Origin: Vicinamibacteria bacterium
GTDB lineage: Bacteria; Acidobacteriota; Vicinamibacteria; Marinacidobacterales; Marinacidobacteraceae
Length of the DNA stretch: 64,000 nucleotides
Reading direction: 5' to 3'
Assembly (NCBI GenBank): GCA_963422395.1
Contig: OY729431.1
Location: 2,816,001-2,880,000, forward strand
This document shows, one piece after another, positions 18,359-28,959 of the stretch. Numbering within the stretch: position 1 is the stretch's first letter; each line of letters starts with the position of its first letter. The translations under genes were made by a program, and so were the position numbers. Under the pieces are notes generated by a model. That model did not search any database. It worked only from the letters and a program-made list of their open reading frames with translations, and was not told the DNA's origin.

Positions 18359-18388
18359 GTACCAGCGGGTCCGACACTTCCGCCGGGT

Positions 18389-18465
<77 letters not shown>

Positions 18466-18514
18466 CTCGACTTCCTCGAAAAGAGGAAAGACCTGAAAAC
18501 GCACGGCGTCCCTG

Positions 18515-19870
18515 ATGGAACCGGGAAGCCCTACGGATTCTCCCCTTGCGGAAGGAGGGTGCCCCCCCATCCGCCGCCGCATCCTGATCCGCGCCCCCGA
18601 GATCCGGATCAAGGGCCGGAACCGGGCGACCTTCCGGGAGGCTCTGAAGCGCAACCTGCGCCGACAGCTGCGCGGGGTCGGCCTCGACTGGCATGCAAGC
18701 TCCACCGGGGACCGGATCTGGATCGAGGTTCCCGAGAACGCCTCGGACGAGCTGGATCGGGCGCTCGAAGCCGCTTCCAGAGTCTTCGGGGTCGAACTGG
18801 CGCTGCCGGCCCTCGCCCTGCCCCACTCCGTTGCCGGAGAACCGGTGCCGACGGACCGCCTGCTGGAGCAGACGACTTCGCTCTGCTGCCGACTCGCCGC
18901 CGCCGCCGTCATACCGGGCGCCGGATTCGCTCTCCGGGTACGGCGGCGGCACAAGGGCCTCCCATTTCGGTCGCAGACCGTCGCCGAAGTGGTGGGGCGG
19001 GCCATCCTCGACCGGACGCCGTGGGAACGGGTGGACCTCTCGAACCCGGCCTTCACGATCTTCATCGAACCGCATGAGGAAGCGGTCTTCGTCTGGACCC
19101 GCCGCATCCGGGGGCCGGGCGGGCTCCCGGTCGGAGTTGCCGGACGGCTCGTAGCGCTCCTGTCCGGGGGGTTCGACTCGCCGGTGGCGGCCTGGATGAT
19201 GGCGGGCCGGGGGGCGTCGCTGGACTTCGTTCACATCGCCCCCTCACGGGTGGATCCCGAGGAGCCCGCGACGAGCAAGGCGGTGCAGCTCGTACGGGAG
19301 CTCTCCCGCTACACCGGCCCGGCGCGGCTGGTGCTCGTGCCCTCCGCCCACTTCGATCTGCGCCTGACCGGGAGCCGTACCGGCTATGAAGCGCTCCTCT
19401 TCCGCCGTTTCGCCTTCCGTTGCGCGGAGGTCGTGGCCCACCGCTTCGGGGCCGGCGCGCTCACCACCGGAGACAGCCTTTCCCAGGTCGCTTCGCAGAC
19501 GCTCGAAAACCTGATCAGCGTGGACGCCGCCGTTTCACTGCCCGTCTTCCGCCCACTCATCGGAATCGACAAGATCACCATCATGAACCGCGCCCGGCAG
19601 ATCGGGACCTGGGGGATCTCGGCGATTCCCGCCAAGGACTGCTGCGCGCTGATCGCCAGAGCACCCCGCACCAGGTCCGAGCCCGGAAGGGTCTCCGCTT
19701 CGGAGTTCCGTCTGATTCCCGACCCCGCCGAGCTCATCCGGTCGTCACTCGGGGAATCGCTGGTGGGCTCGTTCGACGGGGGAAAGGAAACGGAGCCCTT
19801 CCGTCCTGCCGGCGACCGGTTCGCGCCGGCGAAAGCCCGGCGAGCGCCGCCCGCAGAACCCGAACCGTGA
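18515..19870 (+). CDS. thiI: tRNA 4-thiouridine synthase ThiI
   Basis: EIRIKGRNR, THUMP region, GPGGLPVG, LLSGGFDSPVA (PP-loop), TGDSLSQVASQT and DCC motifs. Confidence 0.93.
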   Translation: MEPGSPTDSPLAEGGCPPIRRRILIRAPEIRIKGRNRATFREALKRNLRRQLRGVGLDWHASSTGDRIWIEVPENASDELDRALEAASRVFGVELALPALALPHSVAGEPVPTDRLLEQTTSLCCRLAAAAVIPGAGFALRVRRRHKGLPFRSQTVAEVVGRAILDRTPWERVDLSNPAFTIFIEPHEEAVFVWTRRIRGPGGLPVGVAGRLVALLSGGFDSPVAAWMMAGRGASLDFVHIAPSRVDPEEPATSKAVQLVRELSRYTGPARLVLVPSAHFDLRLTGSRTGYEALLFRRFAFRCAEVVAHRFGAGALTTGDSLSQVASQTLENLISVDAAVSLPVFRPLIGIDKITIMNRARQIGTWGISAIPAKDCCALIARAPRTRSEPGRVSASEFRLIPDPAELIRSSLGESLVGSFDGGKETEPFRPAGDRFAPAKARRAPPAEPEP

Positions 19871-20060
19871 CCGCGGCGCCGAGGAGGATGGAAGACCGGC
19901 AACCCCTCCGGTTCCCTGACTACCTGCTCTCACCCCGCAGACCGCCGCTCGATCTTCGGTCGTTCCGGATTCTCCCGACGCTCTCCCGTGCCGCGCGGCG
20001 CAGGTACAATCGCCGAGCGGGCTCCGGCTACCGTTTCTGGGGCGCGCATGCGGAGGCATC

Positions 20061-20657
20061 ATGAAGCTCCTCCTCGGGATGGCCCGGCGTCGCACGCCCA
20101 CCCCACCGGGAGAAGTGGCCCGCTCTTGGGGCTCGCCCCACTTCATCCACGGACTGTTAGCAGTCGGCCTTTTCGTTTCGTCCGGCGTTTCGGCGGGTGC
20201 CGGGGAACAGCCAGCGCCCCGACGCCCGCCAGAGCCGTTTCGGGTCTTCGTCCAGGCGAGCGACCCGGAGGACGCCGAACTCAAGAGCCAGCTCGAAAAG
20301 GCGGTTCCGGCGATCCGGGAGCGTGTCCAGCGGCGGCGTAACTGGTTCGAACTCGCCCCATCCGCAGAGGCTGCAGATATCGCACTGCGGGTCACCAACT
20401 ATCGGACGGCGCAGGTGATGCATCCGAAGCTCGAACGACAGATCCTCAACGGCAGGGTCACCATGGTCGAGCGCAGCGAAGTGCTCGAGTTCCACTATGT
20501 GGACGCGGTGGCCGTCGTCGGGTCGGTTCGAGAAACCCTGACCGGGCTGGACGAGCGCGACACCGGGCCCAGCCTTCGCAATGCCGCCAGTCACCTGGCA
20601 GAGGAATTGGAACGGTTTTGCAAGGACAACTACACAGCACTCACCGATCCGCAGTGA
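20061..20657 (+). CDS. hypothetical exported protein
   Basis: Coding-like composition and hydrophobic signal-like segment; TACAAT at 20005; stop overlaps the next start. Confidence 0.7.
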   Translation: MKLLLGMARRRTPTPPGEVARSWGSPHFIHGLLAVGLFVSSGVSAGAGEQPAPRRPPEPFRVFVQASDPEDAELKSQLEKAVPAIRERVQRRRNWFELAPSAEAADIALRVTNYRTAQVMHPKLERQILNGRVTMVERSEVLEFHYVDAVAVVGSVRETLTGLDERDTGPSLRNAASHLAEELERFCKDNYTALTDPQ

Positions 20658-22189
20658 GGAAAGATCGGCCCGGCGCCGCCTCACGACGACTCGCGGCAAT
20701 CGGCATCCTGGGGATGCTGGCGGCTCTCGGGGCGGGCAGCGCGGGCTGCGGCGGCGGGGAGAGTCGGCGCGCCCGGAATGTGATCCTGCTCATCGGCGAC
20801 GGGTTCGGAATGAATCAGTTCGCCCTCGGGCTCGCCTACGCCGCCGAGGTTCGCGGCCGCGAGCTGCGGATGACAGAGCTGGCAGCCGCGGGACACGCGG
20901 GCTTCGCCATCCCCTTCTCCTACGGCCGGATCGTGACCGATTCGGCCGCGGCCGCGACCCAGATGGCCACCGGACACCGGGTGCTCACCGAGACTCTCAG
21001 CGTGGACCCCGAGACCGGTGAACCGATTCCGACCATCCTCGAATGGGCCGAGGAACGCGGGCTCGCCACCGGCCTGGTCTCGAACATGCGCCTGACCCAC
21101 GCGACTCCGGCAGCCTTCGCGGTCCACGCGAAGTCGCGCTATGTCCCCGAGTCCGAAATCGCCGACCAGCTCTTCGGCGAGACGGAGATCGAAGTGCTGC
21201 TGGGAGGCGGCGGGCGGGCGATGGTGCCCGCGGGCTCGAAGCTCGGAGAGTCGGCCCCGAGCGTCCCGGCCGGCACCGACGGCCCCTCGAACCGCGCAGA
21301 CGACCGGAACCTCATCGCGGAGGCGCGAGAGCGGGGGTTCACCATCGTGGGAGACCGCGCCGGCCTCCTGGCGGCGCGCGGGGCGGAACGCCTCCTCGGG
21401 ATCTTCGCGGCGAGCCACCTTCCCTATGTGCTCGACCGGTCGTGGGAAGGGCTCGACGACGCGTTACCGACCCTCGCCGAACTCACCGAGGCGGCGATCG
21501 ACTCGCTGGCCCCGGACGACGCCGGTTTCTTCCTCGTCGTGGAGGGAGGACGGATCGATTACGCCGGCCACGACAACGACGCCGGCGCGCTGCTCGCCGA
21601 GATCCTCGACTTCGATGCGGCGGTCGGCGCGGCGTTCGACTTCGCCCGCGGACGGGACGACACGCTGGTCCTCGTGACCGCCGATCACGGCACCGGCGGA
21701 TTCTCCTTCACTTACACCGCCGGCGGGCCGGGTCCGTTGCCTGCCGCGGTGGCCTGGGACTACGCCGCCGGCAGCGAGATGCCGGGAACGCGGCATCTGG
21801 AGATGCTCATCCGCCAGCGGCGTTCGCTGATCGAGACACTCTCGGAGCTGGCCCTGCCGACCGCTGCGCCAGCGGTGCGGAAGGCCATCGAAGACGCCAC
21901 CGGCGTTCGGCTTTCCGAGGCGGACGCCCTCGACCTCGCCGGCCAGTTGAACGAGGATTCCCTCGCTCCCCGGGATTTCTCTGCCTTCTACCTCGACCGG
22001 ACTTCAATCCCGGCGGCGCTCGCCGCCCGCAAGCTGGCGAAACACACGCAGGTGGTCTGGTCCACCGGCGGACACACTTCGGAACCGGTGCCTCTTCTCG
22101 GTTTCGGCCCCGGCGCCAGCGCGGTCCTGGGAATCGGCGTGAACACCCGGGTCCACCAGATCCTCCGGGACGCTCTCGGCCCGAACTGA
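20654..22189 (+). CDS. phoA: alkaline phosphatase (lipoprotein)
   Basis: NVILLIGDG, VTDSAAAAT, HATPA, VEGGRIDYAGHDND, VTADH and GGHT motifs. Confidence 0.93.
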   Translation: MRKDRPGAASRRLAAIGILGMLAALGAGSAGCGGGESRRARNVILLIGDGFGMNQFALGLAYAAEVRGRELRMTELAAAGHAGFAIPFSYGRIVTDSAAAATQMATGHRVLTETLSVDPETGEPIPTILEWAEERGLATGLVSNMRLTHATPAAFAVHAKSRYVPESEIADQLFGETEIEVLLGGGGRAMVPAGSKLGESAPSVPAGTDGPSNRADDRNLIAEARERGFTIVGDRAGLLAARGAERLLGIFAASHLPYVLDRSWEGLDDALPTLAELTEAAIDSLAPDDAGFFLVVEGGRIDYAGHDNDAGALLAEILDFDAAVGAAFDFARGRDDTLVLVTADHGTGGFSFTYTAGGPGPLPAAVAWDYAAGSEMPGTRHLEMLIRQRRSLIETLSELALPTAAPAVRKAIEDATGVRLSEADALDLAGQLNEDSLAPRDFSAFYLDRTSIPAALAARKLAKHTQVVWSTGGHTSEPVPLLGFGPGASAVLGIGVNTRVHQILRDALGPN

Positions 22190-22242
22190 ACCGAAAAGTC
22201 GAGCACCCTCACCGGGCTCTTCCGGCGGCGGACGACCGACGA

Positions 22243-23676
22243 TCAAGCGGCCGGGAGTTCCCGCGGCGTGCGGGTCGCGGTCACGAACGCCAGCAGCAGA
22301 CCGATGAGGAACACGCTTGCCCCGAGGGTCAGCAGATGCTGGAACGAGACGCTGAAGATTCCGATGACGATGGCGCACCCGACGACGGCATCTCGGGTGG
22401 TCGACGGCGGCGCGGTCCAATGCAATCGAATCAGGGACAGGAGAAACACCAGATAGCAGACGAACGGGACCGGGCCGGCCTCGCCGAGCAGGAGAAGGAA
22501 CAGATTGTGGACTCCCGACGGACTGCCGTCGTGAATGCGTGGAGCGCCTTCCAGGTAGGTGTGCGTACCGATCCCGTTTCCGACCAGGGGGGATTCCAGG
22601 AATTGGTCGATGCTCATTCTCCACAGGCGCCAACGCAGCGGCAGGGAGGATTCGGTCGTGCTCTCACCTCTCGAATCCGCCAGCCTGTTTCGCAATCCTT
22701 CGAGTTCTCCCGAGGAAGCCGGCGTCGGCTCCTGATCTTCGTTCGCGCTCGAGGCCTGGAGCGAATCCGCCTCTGGCTCGACCTCTTCGGCTGGTCCGGT
22801 CCCCTCCATGCCGGAGCCCAGCAGAGCGAGACGCAGGACCATCACGATCAGGCAGGGAACGACGAGCCAGAGCGGCTTGCGGCTCGGGCGTCTTCCGGAA
22901 CCGTTCCGCAGGAGCAGGACCCGGAACGAGAACAGAAGGAGAATCGCCGCACAAACCAAGGCTCCCGTAGTGGACAACGAGGTCATGGCCGCAGCGCACC
23001 CCAGGGCCACTCCCGCGTAGGCTCGTCGGGGGGCACCGCCGCGGTAGAGGAACGCGAGACCGAACACCACGGCGACGCACCCGATGAATCCCGCATCGTT
23101 GGCGTCGGTGAAGGCCCCCGTCAGGCGGTCGGGCAATCGGTAGAACGGCAGCACCTCGATATCGCGCAGCGGCGTCGACGCCAACACGAGGAGGCAACTC
23201 GCGACCAGGGTCGCGAGCACCCCCTTCGAGAGCGCATCAATCCCGATTCGCTGCGAGATGGCGCGCCCGCCGAGCATGACGGCCAGCAGCACGATGAAGA
23301 AGAAGACCTGGCGCGCGATCTCCCGAGTCGTGTCCGCCTGCCATGCGGTATCGGAGAGGAAGAGGGCGGCCGTCCCGAAGACCAGATAGGACACGCACGC
23401 GGCGACGATCCACACTGCCGGCGAAGCGCAGAAGGTCTCCCGCCATCGGTCGCGGAGAACCAGCAAGAGCAGGCCGCAGCCGACGAGCACGATGGAAAGA
23501 CCGACGCTCCGTACCAGCGGCGCTCCCCACAGGTACAGATACTGGAGATTCACCAGCAGGATGGCCGCCGGGATCCAGAATCCGAAAGCGATGAGCCGGG
23601 AACGGGAGAACCGCCCGAAGGCCAGGGCATCCCGCAGCCGCGAAGCGAAGAACGAAATCAGATGGCTGCTCCTCAC
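22243..23676 (-). CDS. O-antigen ligase/polymerase family membrane protein
   Basis: Multiple TMs; RLTGAFTDANDAG, R..LW, PLVGNGIG and VHNLFL motifs. Confidence 0.85.
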   Translation of the reverse strand: MRSSHLISFFASRLRDALAFGRFSRSRLIAFGFWIPAAILLVNLQYLYLWGAPLVRSVGLSIVLVGCGLLLLVLRDRWRETFCASPAVWIVAACVSYLVFGTAALFLSDTAWQADTTREIARQVFFFIVLLAVMLGGRAISQRIGIDALSKGVLATLVASCLLVLASTPLRDIEVLPFYRLPDRLTGAFTDANDAGFIGCVAVVFGLAFLYRGGAPRRAYAGVALGCAAAMTSLSTTGALVCAAILLLFSFRVLLLRNGSGRRPSRKPLWLVVPCLIVMVLRLALLGSGMEGTGPAEEVEPEADSLQASSANEDQEPTPASSGELEGLRNRLADSRGESTTESSLPLRWRLWRMSIDQFLESPLVGNGIGTHTYLEGAPRIHDGSPSGVHNLFLLLLGEAGPVPFVCYLVFLLSLIRLHWTAPPSTTRDAVVGCAIVIGIFSVSFQHLLTLGASVFLIGLLLAFVTATRTPRELPAA

Positions 23677-24812
23677 CGGCCCGCTGTTTCGCCTGCGGCG
23701 GCCGGCGATTCCTCGAAGCCCATCTTCCGGCTCCGGCACACGCTGCGCAGCTCGGAGGCCATGCGGCCGTACCAATAGGGGCTTCGGAACTGCTCGCCCT
23801 GCCGTTTCGCCCCGGAACAGAGCCGTCGGTAAAGCTCCGAATCTTCCCGCAAACGCTCGATCGCGGAGCGGAGCGCCGCGGCGGAGCGGGGTTCCACGAT
23901 CAGGCCGTTCTCCTCGTGCTCCACGAGCTCGGGGATGATCCGCGCACGGGCCGCGACGACGGGGAGGCCGCACTGGAAGGCTTCGAGGACGACGGTCGGG
24001 TACCCTTCCCCCTCGCAGTAGCTGGGGAAGAGCAACAGGTCGTGCTCACGCAGGATGCGCGGAATCTCTTCGGGCGGCAGGGGGCCCCCGTAGCTGGCCC
24101 GCGGATGACCTTCGAACAGCGACAGGTCGGTTTCTGGCAGGTACGGCCCGAAGACCTGGAAGTGGCAATCCTCGGGCAGACCGCGGCACGCTTCGAGCGC
24201 CTCGGCCCATCCCTTGTCCTTCATCAGCCGGCCCAGAAAGACCAGCCGGGCCGGCGCCCCGCGCCGGATGCGGACCGGCCCCTGGATGTTCCTCGTGTTC
24301 GGGAACCAGCGGAAGTTGGTCCTGGCGGCGAAATGGCGCTGCAGCCAACGGGATTCGACATATACGAGTGCGGAGCGCAGCCAGGTCGAGCGGGCGAAGC
24401 TGCGGGCCAGGAAGCTGTAGCGGCGGTACACCAGGTCCAGGTCGGACCCGGTGAACCGCAACGCCAGCGGCCGGCGAGCCGCCTTGGCGAGAAGCCAGAT
24501 CGACGAGGCGAGGATGTTCGCCGCATAGGGCGCCAGAACGAGCGCTACCAGGTCGGCGTGCCGAATTCTCCGGGCCGTCTCGAAGAGCACTCGCAGAAGC
24601 CTCGCCAAGCGGACGGCCTGCCGTTTCCAGGGCGACAGGTTCGTGACGGACGCCCGATTGTCGAGAACATCGATTTCGAAGCCCTGGGCGCGGAGCTCGA
24701 CGAGCATTTCCGAAGCGAGCACCTTGGTTCCGCCGATCACATCGGTCGTGGACTCTCTCCCCGGCAGCGGGGCGATGAACAGAATCCTCGGCGGTGGACG
24801 CTTGGTGCTCAT
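23673..24812 (-). CDS. glycosyltransferase family 4
   Basis: FLGRLMKDKG and LFPSYCEGEGYPTVVLEAFQCGLPVV motifs. Confidence 0.9.
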   Translation of the reverse strand: MSTKRPPPRILFIAPLPGRESTTDVIGGTKVLASEMLVELRAQGFEIDVLDNRASVTNLSPWKRQAVRLARLLRVLFETARRIRHADLVALVLAPYAANILASSIWLLAKAARRPLALRFTGSDLDLVYRRYSFLARSFARSTWLRSALVYVESRWLQRHFAARTNFRWFPNTRNIQGPVRIRRGAPARLVFLGRLMKDKGWAEALEACRGLPEDCHFQVFGPYLPETDLSLFEGHPRASYGGPLPPEEIPRILREHDLLLFPSYCEGEGYPTVVLEAFQCGLPVVAARARIIPELVEHEENGLIVEPRSAAALRSAIERLREDSELYRRLCSGAKRQGEQFRSPYWYGRMASELRSVCRSRKMGFEESPAAAGETAGR

Positions 24813-25903
24813 CCAGGCGAGGACTGTTCGCGGCGGGGGCGTTCTTCGCCCGCGGGGAAACTGTCCGTGCTGGTTCGATCGCGGGGAGGGAAGAAAAAAC
24901 CGATCCCCCAACTCAGCTGCATGGCGGCCAGAACCAGCGGGAGCAACGCCGCAACGAAGGTGCGTCGACGGATTCCGACCACCAACGAACCGGCGGCGAG
25001 GGCGGTGAGATAGACGCTCGGAACCACCGCGCCGACCCAGGGGCTGACGACCAGCGCCAAAACCGCGGAAATGGCCAGCGCCCCGACCAGGGCCGCTCCG
25101 GCTCGATGGCGAAGCAATGTCGCTCCGGGGTGCCGCCGCAGCACGATCCGCTTCCAGCGGCCATAGTCGAAAAACTGCGAGGCGAGTGTCTTCAGCGTGC
25201 CGCGAGGTCGATACTCCACCACCAGCTCGGGGTCGAACCACACGGTTTCTCCGCGCTCCCGGAGCCGCCAGTGGAGTTCGTAGTCTTCCCCGCGAACGAG
25301 ATCGGGATCCACTCCTCCCACCGCCTCGAGCGCATCGCGCCGGAACACGCCCAGAAAGACGGTATCCGCCGGCCCCTCGGGGCCGCCGAGCCGATAGCGG
25401 GCCCCGCCCGCGCCGAGCATCGAGCTCATCGCCATCGCCACCGCACGCTCGAAGAGCGTGGAGCCGACCGGGTTCTGGCGGCCTCCGACCACCGCAGCCC
25501 CGGTTCGCGAAAGCGTTTCCACCGCACGCCGCAGGTATCCCGGCCGCAGGAAAGTGTGCGCGTCGCACCGCACGATGATCGCCCCGGTTGCCGACCGCAT
25601 CGCGGCGGCGATCCCGTATCCGATGATCCGCTGCGGATTGGGAACCAGCCGCACTTTCGGATAGCCCTGCCGGATCACTTCGGCGGTGGCGGGACCCTCG
25701 GAACCGTCAGCGACGACCACCTCGATAGGTCCCGGGTAGTCTTGACCCTCGATGGAATCGAGGGCTTGGGCGATGGTCGCTTCGCCGTTCCGGACCGGGA
25801 GGAGGACCGATATCCGGGGAAAGGCAGCGTCTTCGCTTCGCCGGTCAGCGCTCCCTGGTGAGACAGAGCCTCCGCGCCGATCTGGAAGAGCCGACGCACT
25901 CAT
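24809..25903 (-). CDS. glycosyltransferase family 2 (ExoA-like); start uncertain
   Basis: SVLLPVRNG, VVADGS, IVRCDAH, GEDYELHWRL and QFFDYGRW motifs. Confidence 0.88.
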   Translation of the reverse strand: MSASALPDRRGGSVSPGSADRRSEDAAFPRISVLLPVRNGEATIAQALDSIEGQDYPGPIEVVVADGSEGPATAEVIRQGYPKVRLVPNPQRIIGYGIAAAMRSATGAIIVRCDAHTFLRPGYLRRAVETLSRTGAAVVGGRQNPVGSTLFERAVAMAMSSMLGAGGARYRLGGPEGPADTVFLGVFRRDALEAVGGVDPDLVRGEDYELHWRLRERGETVWFDPELVVEYRPRGTLKTLASQFFDYGRWKRIVLRRHPGATLLRHRAGAALVGALAISAVLALVVSPWVGAVVPSVYLTALAAGSLVVGIRRRTFVAALLPLVLAAMQLSWGIGFFFPPRDRTSTDSFPAGEERPRREQSSPG

Positions 25904-26093
25904 GGCTGGAGCGGATGATAGAAGATCGAGAGTGGCTTTCCGGTTCGGATCGGGTGGCGGCAGCGAGCTGCTGCCGCTTTCCTCGGGCCGACCATGCACC
26001 GATACCCGATCGGCGCCGGAACCGATGCTTCGGTCGATCCGGACTGGATGTCGGGCGTTAGGAGATCCACCCCACGGGGCTCCGCTCCGCGGG

Positions 26094-26660
26094 ATGGAAG
26101 AAAGCATACCGACCTACATCCTGGCCGGTGGCCGGAGCCGCCGATACGGCAGCGACAAGGCGCGCATCCCGATGGGAGGGCAGCCCTTGCTGCTTCGGGT
26201 AGCACGCGAACTCGCGGCGATCGCTTCGGCGGTCAGCGTGGTCGCCCGGTCCACCGACGCCTACGACGACCTGGGTCTCCGCACGCTGGCGGACTCGGTC
26301 CAGGACCAGGGCCCGCTGGGCGGGCTGCTCACCGCCCTGGAAGATGCCGGTCCAACGGCATGGATCTTCCTCGCAGCGTGCGACCTGATGGGAATTCGCA
26401 TCTCCTGGGCCCGAACCCTCCTCGAAGCGCGCCGGGAAGATGTCTCCGCTGTCGTCTTTCGCTCAGACCGATACCACCCGCTGTTCGCCTTGTACCATGG
26501 CCGCTCGGCGGGCGAAGTCCGGCAGAGCATCCACGCCGGCGATCTCAAGATGCAGCACCTGTTCGACCGGGTTCCGAGCGCGGTTCTGCCGGTGCCCGAG
26601 GATTGGGATCAACTGGTCAACCGGAACCGGCCCCGGGATCAGGAGCCCCGCGGTGGCTGA
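26094..26660 (+). CDS. mobA: molybdenum cofactor guanylyltransferase
   Basis: ILAGGRSRRYGSDKA, GPLGGL, ACD and HPLFALY motifs. Confidence 0.9.
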   Translation: MEESIPTYILAGGRSRRYGSDKARIPMGGQPLLLRVARELAAIASAVSVVARSTDAYDDLGLRTLADSVQDQGPLGGLLTALEDAGPTAWIFLAACDLMGIRISWARTLLEARREDVSAVVFRSDRYHPLFALYHGRSAGEVRQSIHAGDLKMQHLFDRVPSAVLPVPEDWDQLVNRNRPRDQEPRGG

Positions 26661-28959
26661 GCCCCGGGTAACTGCCGGCGGCGGCTGGCCGGCCATCGGC
26701 TACACGGTGCGAAAGGCTCTCTCGGCCGGAAACCCGCTCGATTTCTACCGGCGGATGCGCAGCCGGAACACCTGCAAGACCTGCGCGCTCGGAATGGGCG
26801 GCCGAAACGGCGGCATGGTGAACGAAGCCGGCCATTTTCCGGAGGTCTGCAAGAAGTCGGTCCAGGCTCAGGCCGGCGACATGCAGCGGCCGATTTCGGA
26901 GGCCGCGCTCGAAGCCCTTCCCTTCCGCCGGCTTTCGACGCTGCCCTCCGCCGCCCTCGATCGGTTGGGCCGGATCGCCTTTCCCCTGATCGCAGACGAG
27001 GGGGACGAGGGTTTTCGCCGCATCGGCTGGGATGCGGCGCTCGATCTGGCGGCGGAAGCGTTTCGATCCGCGCCTCCGGAGCAAGTGTTCTTCTACTCCT
27101 CGGGGCGGTCGAGCAACGAGGCGGCCTTCCTGATGCAGATCGCCGCCCGAGCGTACGGCACCGCGAACATCCACAACTGTTCGTTCTACTGCCACAGCGC
27201 TTCCAGCGTGGGCCTTTCCCGCGTTTACGGATCGGGAACCGCCTCGGTAGTCCTCGACGATCTGGCGAAAGCGGATCTGGTGCTGATCGCCGGAGCGAAC
27301 CCGGCCAGCAACCACCCGCGGCTGATCTCCCAGCTCGTCGGCGTGCGGCGGCGCGGCGGCCGGGTGATCGTGGTGAACCCGCTGCGCGAACTCGGGTTGA
27401 CGCGGTTCCGGATCCCTTCGGACTGGAAGAGTCTGCTCTTCGGTTCGACGGTCGCGGATCTCTATCTCCAACCCCATGTGGGGGGCGATGTCGCGCTTTT
27501 CAAGGCTCTGCTCAAGGGAATCCTGGAGAGCGGGGGCCTCGACGAGGACTACATCCGCCGCTTCACGAACGGCTTTCACGAGACTCGGGCCGATATCGAA
27601 GGAACGCCGTGGAGCGCCCTCCTGACTGCCAGCGGGACAGATCGCACCGAAGTAGAAACCGCCGCCCGGATGCTGTCTCGATCCCGGCGGGGGATCTTGT
27701 GCTGGGCGATGGGCCTGACCCACCACACGCACGGAGTGGACAATGTGCTCGCCCTCTCGAACCTGGCGCTGGCCCGCGGCTGGCTCGGTCGGCCGGGCGC
27801 CGGCCTCCTGCCGATCCGCGGCCACTCGAATGTCCAGGGGGTCGGCTCCGTGGGCGTGACCCCGGTACTCAAGGAGGCTTTCGCCCGAAACCTCGAAAGA
27901 CTCTACGGCATCGCGCCCTCCGGACAGGCGGGAATGGACACCTTCGCTTCGATGGAGGCGGCGGCTCAGGGACGCATCCGGGCGGCGTTCCTGCTCGGAG
28001 GGAACCTGTTCGCGAGCAACCCGGACCGGCGGTGGGCGGCACAGAGTCTCCGCCGCATCGAGACCTCCGTCTTCGTGTCCACGAAGATGAACGAAGGCCA
28101 CGTACACGGCCGCGGCCGACGAACCCTGATCCTCCCGCCGCTTACACGCGACGAGGAAGCGCAGGCGACCACGCAGGAATCCATGTTCAACTTCGTGCGC
28201 CTGTCTGCGGGCGGACACCGGGCCGCGAGCGCGGAGATGCGCTCCGAGGTGGACATCATCGCCTCGCTGGCGCGCCGAATCCTGCCGGAGGACCGGTTCG
28301 ACTGGAACGCTCTCGGCTCCCACCGAGAGCTGCGCGCTGCGATCTCCCGCGTGGTGCCAGGGTACGAAGAGATCGCCGAGATCGAAGGACGGGGCGGCGA
28401 ATTCCAGATCGGGGGCCGGACCCTCCACGAACCCCGATTCGGGACCGGCGACGGCAGGGCTCGTTTCCAGATCACGCCGCTTCCGGCGTTCCGGGTGCCG
28501 CCCGGCGAATTCCGATTGATGACGCTGCGGTCCGAAGGACAGTTCAATACCGTGGTGTACGAAGAAGAGGACCTCTACCGGGGAAACACCCGCCGCGATG
28601 TGGTGATGATGTCCGTCGCCGACGCCGCCGACCGGGGATTTTCGGAGGGGGACGCGGTTCGGGTGGTGACCGAGACCGGGGCTCTCGAAGTGGTGGTCGC
28701 CATCGTGGACATTCGCTCCGGGAATCTGGCCATGTACTACCCGGAAGCCAACGCGCTGGTGCCGCGGCGCGTGGACCGACGGTCCGGAACCCCCGCCTTC
28801 AAGTCGGTGCGGGCCCGGATCGAGCCCCGGCCTCGTCCCGCTGCGGAAGGACGATCCGGCGCCGCAGCAGCTCGGCTTCGACCGGCGCCGGAGAGGCCTG
28901 CCGCCCGGACTGCTCCGAGATCTGCTCCGAGAGCAGGAGGCGGGCAGCCCGGTTCGTGA
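26653..28959 (+). CDS. FdhF/YdeP-family molybdopterin oxidoreductase
   Basis: AGGGWPAI, CKTCALGMGG, FYSSGRSSNEAAF, NCSFYCH, PIRGHSNVQG and TLRSEGQFNT motifs. Confidence 0.92.
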   Translation: MAEPRVTAGGGWPAIGYTVRKALSAGNPLDFYRRMRSRNTCKTCALGMGGRNGGMVNEAGHFPEVCKKSVQAQAGDMQRPISEAALEALPFRRLSTLPSAALDRLGRIAFPLIADEGDEGFRRIGWDAALDLAAEAFRSAPPEQVFFYSSGRSSNEAAFLMQIAARAYGTANIHNCSFYCHSASSVGLSRVYGSGTASVVLDDLAKADLVLIAGANPASNHPRLISQLVGVRRRGGRVIVVNPLRELGLTRFRIPSDWKSLLFGSTVADLYLQPHVGGDVALFKALLKGILESGGLDEDYIRRFTNGFHETRADIEGTPWSALLTASGTDRTEVETAARMLSRSRRGILCWAMGLTHHTHGVDNVLALSNLALARGWLGRPGAGLLPIRGHSNVQGVGSVGVTPVLKEAFARNLERLYGIAPSGQAGMDTFASMEAAAQGRIRAAFLLGGNLFASNPDRRWAAQSLRRIETSVFVSTKMNEGHVHGRGRRTLILPPLTRDEEAQATTQESMFNFVRLSAGGHRAASAEMRSEVDIIASLARRILPEDRFDWNALGSHRELRAAISRVVPGYEEIAEIEGRGGEFQIGGRTLHEPRFGTGDGRARFQITPLPAFRVPPGEFRLMTLRSEGQFNTVVYEEEDLYRGNTRRDVVMMSVADAADRGFSEGDAVRVVTETGALEVVVAIVDIRSGNLAMYYPEANALVPRRVDRRSGTPAFKSVRARIEPRPRPAAEGRSGAAAARLRPAPERPAARTAPRSAPRAGGGQPGS

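Noticed and set aside
26653-28959. Selenocysteine formate dehydrogenase
   Set aside because: No in-frame TGA; the motifs are of the Cys-type YdeP subfamily.
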